The notes under the pieces are model-generated. The model was not told the DNA's origin. It worked only from the letters and a program-made list of their open reading frames with translations, and made no database searches. DNA of 63,286 nucleotides, filler included, from Diploschistes diacapsis (taxonomy: Eukaryota), in the NCBI GenBank assembly GCA_023645945.1. It is 12 parts of 12 records of this genome, joined end to end, with 100 filler letters (N's around TTAATTAATTAA, not from the genome) between each part and the next. Parts side by side here need not be neighbours in the genome. Positions count along the whole stretch, not along the records: positions 1 to 25,902 come from JALAIB010000195.1; 11 more parts are not named here. The stretch is one strand, 5' to 3'. This document shows, in pieces, positions 1-10,900 of the stretch. A program made the position numbers and the translations under genes. Every line of letters starts with the position of its first letter. The stretch's first letter is position 1.

Positions 1-1500
1 CGTTAATAATGCGTTTATTAAAGTATTATTGACGTATTAGATCTATATGATCGTATTAGATGAATATAGGGTTCTAGAGGGCACCGTGCTTAAAATTAAT
101 AAAAGCTTATATGGGCTAAAGCAGGCGATTAAAGATTAATATAAAGAATACGATAGTATACTTTTAAATCTAAGATTCGTCCGATCTAATATTGATTTAT
201 ACGTTTTTATTTTGCGAGATTAAAAGTTATTGATTAGCTTTTACGTGAACGATATTATTATAATAGTATCGGACCTATATGATGTATGTTGGTTTAAGAG
301 AGTATTGGCTGAACGTTATAAGGTTAAGGATCTGGGGGAGATGAAAAAGCTTTTAGGAATGAGAGTTCAGCGATAGCGCAGTTTAGGTTTAGTAGGTTTA
401 GCTGAATTGACCCTAGATTAAGAGGTATATGTCGAGAAGATGCTTTAGCGTTTTAAGATGATAACGGACATATATAAGGGTTAAAAGATACCGTTTAATG
501 GATACGACGGTATTGAATTAGGTAAGGAATTCTCGAAAATAATTAATAAAACGCAGTATTAAGAGATTATTGGTAGTATTATGTATTTAGCGGTTTATAC
601 GAGATTAGATATCGTATTTATTATTAAAAAGTTAAGTCAGTATATGATTAATTTATATATTTATTATTTATATGCCTTAAAGGGGCTATTCCGTTATATT
701 TGGAAGATAAAGGATACTAAAGTTTAGTTTAGTTTTGAATCTAAATTTTCGAAATTACGGGGATACTGCGATATAGATTATAGAGGAGATAAGTTAAATC
801 GAAAGTTTACGTATAAATATATTTTTTAGTTATGCGGTGGATTAATATTTTAAATAAATAAGAAATAGAGCTCAGTTTTAACGTCAATTATAGAAGTTGA
901 GTATATTGGTTTATCTTACGTCGTTAAATAAGTTTTATGATGTTTATAGTTTTTGAGAGATATTAATTATTTTAATTTTATAGAATTATTTTTATATATT
1001 GTTAATTTATTCTGTGATAATATTGGTTCTTTAGATTTAATAAAGCACGTAAGAATTAACGATCGTTTAAAGTATATCGATATTATTTATTATTACGTAC
1101 GAGATTTGGTTAAGCAGGGACGTATTAAGATGTTTTATGTTTTTATCGATAAAATGGTTATTGATAAGTTTACGAAGTTACTGAATTATTCGAAGCACGA
1201 CGTTTTTATTAAGGAACTTGATTTAATTTAAAAGATATTTAATTAAACTATATAATCATACCGGACGATTCCGCATGTGAAGGAATATTAAACAGATAGG
1301 TAGAAGACATAGCTAAAAGTTTAACTAAATTCTAGAAAAAGATTCAGTTCAGTTGAACCTTCTGGAATCCCAACTAGACCGGTTTAGGAATAGTGTAGGT
1401 AATAGGGCTTAACGTATCCTATAAAGATAAAAGTCTGTAAAGTAGGATAACCTCCTAGATAGACCTCTAGACTTCAATATATCCATTACGTTGCCAAACA
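1..1500 (+). mobile_element. RIP-degraded Ty1/Copia LTR retrotransposon, 3' part (RT, RNase H, 3' LTR)
   Basis: Stop-riddled + frame reads KSLYGLKQA, YVNDIII (YVDD), KDLGEMKKLLG, IIGSIMYLAVYTR, GYCDIDY and CDNIGSL...KYIDIIYYYVRD (Copia RT and RNase H motifs). AT-rich, with TpA excess and CpG retained (RIP). Confidence 0.93.
1286..1500 (+). repeat. Copia 3' LTR (~215 bp)
   Basis: Follows a purine tract (GAAGGAA) and ends ...CCAAACA. A closely similar reverse-complement copy at 52661-52899 ends at the same base. Confidence 0.8.
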
Positions 1501-2298
1501 GTTAATAAGCTTCTTATCCTTTTCGATCTCGTTTCTTTTCGAAAGGATGGTCCGTTCAACTACCTCCCATATAACGGAAACACAGTCCTTTCTACCGAAC
1601 TTAATATAGCGAGCACATTTTACCGAAATAAAAAGCATTCTAATACAATCGTGAAAGAATAAGTAATAATTATAAAATAATATATCTAAAAAACCCCGAA
1701 AACGAATAATAAAACTTAAACATTTCTTTTATATCGAAGATAAAGAAAACATCGCTGTTTTATGACTTAAGATTTTCTTTTATTTGGTATTTATATTAAT
1801 TTTTCGGTGCTTATCGAGCCGATAAGATTAAAGAAAAAGAATAATACTACGATCTAAAATATTAATCGATAGTACTTAGCACGCAATAATTAGTCGGGCA
1901 TTTCCCAACTATTTCTTATATATAGTTTAATTAGGATAACACGGGTTACGTAATAAATAAAAGGTCTAAAAGACTATTCTACCCAATCGTGAGTAGAAAA
2001 AAAAACGATAATTTTATTTATTTATTTATTTACTCTATTAAAGGAATTACTGATTATATAATAACGTTATTATAATCTTTATAAATCTAGGGCGTGTTCA
2101 TTTTTATAAATATTTTAAGTTATTACTCGGGATTAATCTATATTCGTTATTTTTATTTTTAGAAAGCCTTCTTTCTAGAGATAGTCTAAGACCTATAATT
2201 ACTCTACCTTCTTCTCTTGCTTGCACTCCTCTTCTAACAGAGATCAAACACACCTTGACTCTACTTGTGTATACCTTGTATAGATAGAGATCATAACA
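1501..2298 (+). mobile_element. RIPed Gypsy 3' region plus LTR (LTR ~1845-2298)
   Basis: Co-linear with 37230-37968 (purine tract, then TAYTACGATC start, GAGATCATAACA end) and with the reverse complement of 39761-40231. Confidence 0.85.
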
Positions 2299-2299
2299 A

Positions 2300-2420
2300 A
2301 CTCCTAATCCAACATTATCCAAGTCCACAATCCAGCATAAATATTGGATCCAACTATCCAACATTTATTGGACCCCTGGTCCAAATATTATTGGATCAAT
2401 AATCCAATAATCCAAAGATC
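2300..2420. repeat. ATCCAA/TTGGAT-rich repeat fragment, probable DNA-transposon subterminal region
   Basis: ggatccaactatccaacatttattggacccctggtccaaatattattgg aligns by eye with 49900-49950 on another contig. Confidence 0.5.
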
Positions 2421-2685
2421 CTTCCTAGTAGCCCCTGGCTACTAGTTAGATCATTGCTAGTAGGACGTTCAACTGTTGTTAGTGACGTGTCCTGAAGGGT
2501 TAGAGAACCTTCAGGGTCCTACTAGTACCAACTGGTCAAATAGACTAACCCATTTAGGTTAATCATCTGACAATTCGATTGCATGATGTTTAAATTATGT
2601 AGCTACAGATTTTATAAATAAAAGTATTCTGCCAAGCCTTTTCGGACTTAGGGCTTAACTCCGTAATAAAACCGTAATATTATCT

Positions 2686-2751
2686 ATCGCCCGTTTCGCC
2701 AACTTCGCGGATTTTCGCGGTGTTTCGCCGCCAAAAACTTTTCGTGATGTA
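2686..2751 (-). repeat. Putative DNA-transposon terminus with TTCGC subterminal repeats
   Basis: The reverse complement TA|CATCACGAAAAGtTTTTGGCGGCGAAA matches 52324-52352. Similarity stops at the TA. Confidence 0.55.
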
Positions 2752-3114
2752 CTTACTTGTTCTGGTTAGTCGAACCTCTAGGTCTAGTCAATATATTAGA
2801 CGCTTCCCATTTTTCAAATGCATATCTCGACGGATTGGTCGGTCATTGGATGTGTAACTGGTGGTAAGTCATTGCTACCATAGAGTAAAGTATCAGTTGG
2901 GGCTGAGTTGTTGCTGTTGAGACATTGATATATATATATATAATCTCTGCTACCTTCACATTCCTGAGAATTTCTGAATTTGATCTGGAGTATTTTGAGA
3001 GCTCAGCTCTACCGACCAAGATATCTTTCCGTCAACTGCCAGTTAATGTTTCGTGGCCAGTACATTGAAACAATCCAAGAGTTCATGAGGTTGTGTAAGC
3101 TACATCTCACACAG

Positions 3115-4557
3115 ATGGCAACTGTTCCTGGTATCCAGCAAGTCAGCGTCCCACTAAGCAACGAGCAACAGCGAATTGTAGCTGCTTCCGAGGTGTCTCG
3201 CCAGAGACTCGGCGATGACTACGCTCGGCTTCAAGCCAAGATCGAAGACGGTAGTGACGGTGGCCTAAATCTAGGATTCTACAAACGAATACCACCATTT
3301 AATCTCTGCATTACATCTGAGTTTGCAGATCATATCCGAGAAACCCATGCAATTCTCAATAAAGTCCTGGTGGATCTTATTGGACGTTGGCACTCTGATG
3401 TAACGATGCGGTTCCCTGAAAGAATGCCACTCGAAGAACATGAGACAAGACTCCTGGCATGGATGGATGGGAACGGCAAGAAATATGTGGGGAAGTATGG
3501 CCATCGAAGCATCGGAATCTGGAGATCGGATTTCGTCATTGCAAAACAAAACAATCTCGAGCGGATCAAACTCATAGAACTGAATGCTCGGATACCTTTC
3601 AATGGACTACACGCGGTGGGGCTCAACGAGGTCGCTGTACAGAGCCTCGTCGATGGGCAGAACGCTCTGCAGCCGCTAAACGATTACGACAACACCATGA
3701 GAACCATATTGAGGCCCTTTGATGGAACAAAGCCACTCTATCTGATACGTGACATGTGGCCGGGAGTTGATTCGCCGCTGGTTCTGAGAGACTTCCAAAG
3801 AATATCTGGTTCCACGACTCGTACTGTAAAACCGTCTCACTTACGAACCAGAAAGGAAGAAGACAGTCTCCGGCTCTGTTTTGAAGAAGACGGCGAGCTT
3901 ATCGATATTGATCAATGTTGCTGTGAGCTTTTTCAGGAAGAACTGAACTTGGATGAGGAAGTTTTGAAGGCATTAGCAAGTGTCTGCCGGATTAATGATT
4001 TGAGAACTCTGCTGTTGGTTCATGATAAGCGTATCCTAGGCATAATCAAAGAAGAGATACCAGATCTCGCATCACGAAAGATCATCACTTCTCATGAAGC
4101 AAGGATTCTGCAAGACGGTATACTTGATACATTATTTCCTGGTGATTTGAAGCTTAGAGCTGTTTTGGAAGAATCCAGATGTGATGCAATGCTCAAAGAC
4201 GGGTACATCATCAAACCAGTGCGGGATGCTTCGGGTCATGGTATCAAATTTGGGAAGAATATCTCTCAAGATGAGTGGCTTACCATGTTGGAGGACCAAT
4301 GTCATCACGCGTTGCTACCTTCAGAAGGCGCCGTGGTTGTCCAGAAACTTAACAATCATGAGTGGTATGATCTGAGCTTCATCGAACACGAACGGAAACA
4401 GGTCAACTTTGTCGGTTCACAGCATATGCTTCATGGCGAATTGCAGGCCTTCGGACCATGGCGAACAGCAGTAGACACAAACTTACCTATGATGGGTGAT
4501 GTCCAAGGTATCAAGGGCATGTTGATGACATGTGTCTTGAGACCTGAAGGATGGTGA
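3115..4557 (+). CDS. Circularly permuted ATP-grasp (glutathione/GSP-synthetase-like) amide ligase, intronless, ~480 aa
   Basis: Long ORF (2980-4557; likely ATG at 3115, alternatives 3046 and 3085). Motif order WRSDF (RxD), LIELNAR (ExN), INDLRTLLLVHDKR, YIIKP-x4-GHGIKFG, VVVQK matches permuted ATP-grasp enzymes. Confidence 0.75.
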   Translation: MATVPGIQQVSVPLSNEQQRIVAASEVSRQRLGDDYARLQAKIEDGSDGGLNLGFYKRIPPFNLCITSEFADHIRETHAILNKVLVDLIGRWHSDVTMRFPERMPLEEHETRLLAWMDGNGKKYVGKYGHRSIGIWRSDFVIAKQNNLERIKLIELNARIPFNGLHAVGLNEVAVQSLVDGQNALQPLNDYDNTMRTILRPFDGTKPLYLIRDMWPGVDSPLVLRDFQRISGSTTRTVKPSHLRTRKEEDSLRLCFEEDGELIDIDQCCCELFQEELNLDEEVLKALASVCRINDLRTLLLVHDKRILGIIKEEIPDLASRKIITSHEARILQDGILDTLFPGDLKLRAVLEESRCDAMLKDGYIIKPVRDASGHGIKFGKNISQDEWLTMLEDQCHHALLPSEGAVVVQKLNNHEWYDLSFIEHERKQVNFVGSQHMLHGELQAFGPWRTAVDTNLPMMGDVQGIKGMLMTCVLRPEGW

Positions 4558-5259
4558 TGACAATCGCAGTGGCTTGCCTTTGATCCTGGTGTTTCGTTAG
4601 AGCTTACCACAATGATACATTCGGGAATTGATGAAGTGGAATGGCCTCTCTGGTGTTCGACAATGCATCCGCAAACTTCTACTTGGTCTATCGAACGCTT
4701 CCTCACCCACCTGCGGGGCTAATTTGGCGGCTGCTTTAGCTTCCGTATGGACTATGTCGAGTGCTTGCTGCTGTCATGTCCTATTATGATCAGCTAGGCA
4801 GGGCATTGGAACCATCTCTCTGCAATAGTAGAAGCCGACATCTTGACTTTTATCGCGTCTTTGATTGATGCATTGATATATCTAGTATCATCCCCTTTAT
4901 TGCCTATGGCTTGTTCCTTTCGAACGACTGAGCACGCCGCGAGTCCACAGTAAGAATGCGTTTTCGTCATCATCAAGATGTCCGCGTCAAGATGCCGTAT
5001 CCTTCGACCAGGATTGCCAATAGTACGCAGTCAGAGGGTACAACTGCTATACCGACCATTATAGAAGCTGTACGTAACGACTGCTACGGAATAAATAGAA
5101 CTGGTTTCGAACTCGCCATTGACGAAGCTTGGACCGAATTAAATTCCCAACAGTACGGTTCATCTGCTGCATCTGTTCTTGTCCTTGGTCACAATCAAGC
5201 TCTTAAATGGAACCAATGTGGGAAAGGAGTCGAAGAATGTATGCTCGAAACATCAGCAA

Positions 5260-7115
5260 CGAATCAGAGAAAGGACGTCCGGAGTGTGGCAGTATGCTAC
5301 TGACCTTCTAGACGGCCTCCTGCCTCCAGATACAAGCGGCAAGCAAGTCCACAAATGTAAGTTGTGCGTGGCAATGGGGAAAGAACATCCAGCCGAGTAC
5401 AAGCTCCTGAAGGGACCTCAGGCTTTCAAAACATCTCCAGCGAGAACATAAGGTCAAGATCACCACACGAGCCGAGATATCGACCAAGGTCGATAATTCC
5501 CAAGTGCTTCGCACCACGAAGATTAAAGGTCTCAGAGGCTGCTGGACTGCTGATACGGTCTCGGCAGAGAGCATGACAGTCCTGAGCTTCTAAGGGAATG
5601 GCGAGCCAAGAGCGCGGCTCGAGCACTTTTGCTCATATGGCTGAAGGAATACAATCTACCTTTCAGCATAGTAGAGTCCTGTGGCTTGGGAGCATTGCTG
5701 CAAAGGTTCGCACTGGACCTCGACGCCTTTCTGCCGAGCTCGCACAGCACTGTATACGGCCATCTAGAGGCAGACCAATTGCACTCCACACTCCAGGTAT
5801 CGTCCAGGATCTGACGACAACAGTATCGACGGTACATCTAGTCTTCGACTGCTGGTCGTCGCCTTTGAAGCAACCGATATTCGGCCTTGCGCGTAGGTAC
5901 TTGAGATCTGATTATCGACTGCACACCCATCTGCTCTGTCTATCAGAAGTTCTGGAGCAGCACGACGGAGCATGTGTGGCTGAGAAATTGCTCGAGTGCA
6001 CGGAGAAATAAAATTGTACTGATTGCAACGGCGCTTAGCCCATGACATCAACCTGTCCACGAAAGCTATCTTCTTTGGTGATAGCAAGGAGCCCGACGAT
6101 CCGGACGATTTCGATGCATGAAGGAGGTTCTCTTGCTACGGTAAGCTTCACAATATTGTCAATGGATCAGAGCGAGTCCGTGTTGGCTGGCGAAAAGGCA
6201 CCGAATCTGGTCGGAGCAATGGATCCAGAACAATAGCACGAGATGTCGGTCCTAGGCGAACATGTACGAGCGAGCACTGAAACCGAGAATGTCCACGAGG
6301 CAATCGATATCTTCACGCAGCAGGGGAAGGAACTTCACAAGGCTTACTGGATTCCATGGGTTTTGAGAACCTTGGGGAGCTGTGCAAACTTCCTGGGCCA
6401 TACAAGAAACTTGCGAAGGCCAGTGAAGGCCTCGATGACTCCATGGATCTAGTCTTGCCAGATTTTGATTATTCTATGGCTTATCTTGAGCTAGCAAGGG
6501 CAACCATGAGAAGTGACGAGTTCGTAGGTCCACGATCGAACGTGCTTGTGCCCTCATGGTAACATACCATATCAAGACTGGTGACACTTCGGCATACTTC
6601 GCAGCCACCGTCCTCATTCCGACTAAGAAGCTGGTTTATTTCAACAAGCACTGGCGTACCTCCGGTGCTGAAGGACCACCTCGAAGCCTGCAGCAACAGA
6701 TGTTGCTCGATCTGAAGCGATACACACAAGATGCGACGGCAACTTGGGAAGACCAAAGCTGTATCTCCAATTGATGCTTACACCAGCAAACCTGTTAATG
6801 CTTCTGCCCACGAACGGCTGCATAAGGATCTGAGAGAAGATGATCTTGAAAAAGCGAGCTCGACTCCTACCTTCGGCAGCCTAACTATGCGGTTGGGCAA
6901 GCATAAAGCATCCAACGTATTCAAGGCTCTAGGTTGGGGACTCAAGCGGAACAGTTGACCAGATATCCTTGCTTATCCAGACATGCCATCGATCTGCTCA
7001 CCGTACCACCTCAGAGCCCCGAGATCGAGCGCTTTGTTCTCGGACTGCAAGGCACCGATGACCAAACAGCGTAATCGCATCAGAGCGGAGACTCTCCGGT
7101 CTTGGGTGCGAAACG
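5260..7115 (+). pseudogene. hAT-family transposase relic (frameshifted)
   Basis: Motifs spread over several frames: BED-like SGVWQY...CKLC, NLPFSIVES, HLVFDCWSSP (first catalytic D), GKLHNIV/WIRASP, AYFAATVLIP..K..YF...W, and the dimerisation domain RYPCLSRHAIDLLTVPPQSPEIER(fs)LFS at 6961-7110. Confidence 0.85.
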
Positions 7116-7901
7116 CTCGAGGACCGGATTTTACGCATGACACACACTGTCGGTAAAAATGACGGTGGTGAAGCTCTGGAAGACGTGAAACAGATGTATT
7201 GCTTTGGCAGTTTGCATTCGAACCAGGGATCTGAATTGCCCGATCGAGAAGCTTTGTCTTTCCACGGGCGCAAAACGGAATGAACTGATCGAACAATGTT
7301 TCCTGCATCGACGAGAGGGGCTCATGGTCTGATATGCCCGCATGCGTGCATGTGTGTGTACTGTAGTAATTTGGATAGCCTGTGAGATTCACAAATACTG
7401 TAGAGTGCAAAAAGTTGATGGATTTTTTCGCGAAGTGGCGGAAGGACTGATGAACAAAGTTGGACTCATTGCACTCGTGAGCAAAGCTCGGGCATCATTT
7501 GTATATAAATACATAATTGTAGAAGGCGCAAGAGGCACATTTGCACATCTCCCTCGACACGATGTAGCGGCGCGCGGAAAGGTTCAAGAAACCGTTTACC
7601 ATTAAAAGCGGTTTGCACCGTCTTTTCGTTTCGCTAGAAGTTGTACGCCTACTTGTTGAGCTGTAACCAGGCTTCGCTTGGCAATAACTTTGGTCTATCT
7701 CTTTGCTTTATAAGTACTGCACATAGATGACTAGTTGTAACTTTCCCTATCTCCCATGCATTGCTATTTCTGCCTCTTCGCGCTTGCCCTACCTAACTAG
7801 CACCTAGCCATAATCATTGACACTGGCCAACACGTGCACATGCTGAGGTCCTAACATCCAGTCTCACATGCTTTCCCAAGCCTCGTCGTCACTGCTAGCC
7901 T

Positions 7902-10900
7902 TTAGTCCGGAGGACACTCCGCCCCCGCCTTAATCTCTGACCTTACAATATCGCTCGCCTTCGCCGCCAACATCGCGATCTCTCTAATACTAGTACTTCC
8001 AAGGATCCTAAACACCGGCACGTCCGCCCCAATCTTCCTCGCCATCCAATTACGCACCTCGACCGCCCCCAACGAGTCGACGCCGTACGCATGCGCCGGC
8101 CTTCCGGCGTCGATTTCCCTCTCAGACACGCCGAGCGCCCGCGACAGCTTACGCACCAGCCCCGCCAACACGGCCTCGGCCGCCGCATCGAGTGAAGCCG
8201 CGGCGGCTAGACTCACGCGCAACCCGGCATCGGCGTCGGAGCCATCGCCTGCTTGTGCCTCTGCGGTCACAATGCTGCCGCGGCCCGCATTGCGCACGTG
8301 CCGGAACAACGGCCGCACCATCCAAAAGGGCTCTGGAATGCCCGCGGCCGCAAGAGCACTGGCGGTCTCCATGCCCGTGATGACCTGGGCCCCTTCTGGG
8401 CTGGCGGGAAGGGGCCGGCGCGCGTCGCAGCACGCGTCGAGCAGAGCGAGGAGCTCATGCTCGGCGACGGCCCCATAGCCTTGCGCTACAAGGTAGTCCG
8501 TGACTTGCTGGCGCTCGGCCGCGTAGCCGACGGAGGATACGACGCCAAGGTCAATTGCGTAGGCGCGTTGGCCGGCGGCGACGCGGTGACGCGCGAGCGC
8601 GTCTTGGAAGGTGTTGCCGCTGGCATAATTTGCTTGGGAGCGAGAACCGACGATGCCGGAGCCGGAAGAGAGGAGGACGAAGAAGTCGAGGGCTTGGGGA
8701 AGAAGGGTGTGGAGGTTCCAGGACCCGGCGATCTTGGGATGAAGGGGGATTTGGAATTGTGTGAGTGTCATGCTCTCGAAAGGAGTGTCCTTGGGAAGGC
8801 TCATGTTAGTTGGGTCATCCGAGTTCGGGGTATAGAAGTAGGCGTTCTTACATAAAGGGCCAAGGTGGATTGGATGCAGCCTCTGATTGGGGGAAGGACT
8901 TGCATTTGCGAATGCAACACGGATTTTAGGGCTGCTTCGTCGGCGATGTCGCATGTCGGTGTAGCCACTATTGCGCCTTCCTTCTGGAGGTCATCAATGA
9001 ACTCTCGGGTGGACTCGCTGCGCGTTGTAGAACGCGAAAGTAGAATGAGATATCGCGCTCCTCGGCTGACCATCCAACGCGAGATGCTCTGTCCAATGCC
9101 TCCCAAGCCACCAGCTATCACGTATGTAGAATTATGATCAAAATCATAGTCGGAGACTAATCGAGGTACAACCTGGATCCTCAGTCAGCTAAAACCCCAT
9201 CGTTGAATCTATACCACCCACTTGAACAGTATCATCTTCGTCCATGGAAATGACAAGCTTCCCAGAAGACTTGCCACTTTGCATGTGTCGAAAAGCCTCT
9301 TCCATCTGGGAGGCCCTATATATGCTCAGCGGACGTGGTGCAAACAGCGATCTATCCTCAATTAGTCTCATGACCGCCGTCATAGTTCTTCCAAGCAAGG
9401 CAGGGTCATGCTCGAGCATGTGGGACATGTCGACCACGGAAAACGTTCCATTAAGCCTGAAGTTTGAAATAGCCAGTGAGCCGCGGTCACGGCGACCAAA
9501 CTCAACGAAGGTACCAAATGGTGCCAAGCACTCGTAAGTAGCCAGCAACGCCTCATCAGTTAACGAATTCAGAATGATGTCCACGCCGCAACCATTAGTC
9601 GCTCTTTTTATGGCGTGTCTGAAAGTTGTTGCGCGACTCGAGAATATGTGATTGCCTGCAATCCCGTATTCTGATTTCAGGACTTGCCTCTTCTCCTCGT
9701 TCCCGACCGTTGCAAAAATTTCCGCACCAAATAAACGGGCAATTTGTATCGCTGCTTGGCCAGTTCCACCAGCCGCCGAATGAATCAGAACCGTGTCACC
9801 CCTTCTAATATGAGCGACTTGTACTAGAGAATGGTACGCAGTACAGTATGCTACTGGCAAAGCAGCCGCGGTCTCGAAGGATAGGTCAGCTGGCAAAAGA
9901 GCTGCGGTGATGGCCTTGCACCGGACATATGTTTTCATCGCCCCATGAGACCAGCCGCATACCCGATCGCCCTCCAGAAAAGGGACGTCGGGGCCTCGTT
10001 TCACAACGACCCCAGCGAACTCTAGCCCTAGTTGAGTGTCATCGTGTACACCGAGTGCAATGAGTACGTCGCGAAAGATGAGACCACTCGCTTTGACCTT
10101 GACTTCCATTTCATCCGAGGCCAGTTCCGCACGCTCGGGCCTTTCGTCTTGGAATTCGAGAGTGTTAAGCAGACCTGGACTACCGACGGTTAAGGCCAAC
10201 CCACGGTTGGAATTATCACCAAGCGTCTGCGGCACCGGAACTTGTGGTATTGTTCGACACGCCACATGCGTTGAAAGAGCCTTGTCTTCAACGATCCGAT
10301 TGATGTATAATGCGCCATGTCTGCTCTCATACTCTGGTTCGTAATCGTCGCTTACTGTTGTAACGGTAGTTGTGTGGGCTTGAACAATAATATTGGCGGA
10401 GAGATGAGCTGAATCTGTGTTTTCAAGGGCAAGCGTCGTAAACCTCACATTTACACCCTCGGATCTCAAGGCTCTAGCCAGACCGATTATGGAATCTGAG
10501 TTGGGATCCTCAGCCACGGAACAGCTCTTATTTGTAACCCAAGTGATGATGCGAGACGACTGAAAAACTTGCTTTAACGCCACAAACAGTCGTTCTGTCA
10601 TATTTGGGAGAACTGCACGTTCGGTTTCGCAGAGGAAGATGTAGTCGGCCGTGGTCCGAATGTTCAAATGCAGATCATCCACTACAATGACTTCATATCT
10701 CTGATTTTCTGCCTGTAAAGAGCTCGACGTGATCTCTTGAGCGATCTGGAGTTGGACCGAACTACCATCATCGATTATAATGAGTGTCGAATCTGGGATC
10801 TGTTTCAGAGACTTGGCAACATCATGATCTGACGCTGTCGCTATTATCACGCTATTGTCTCTTTGGCCATCATCCTTATGATCAGGCCAATGGAAGTCAA

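Noticed and set aside
953..1231. ORF-track 92-aa protein, and similar AT-rich ORFs at 45941 and 61673, as functional genes
   Set aside because: They are stop-free remnants of RIPed Copia or FRE sequences.
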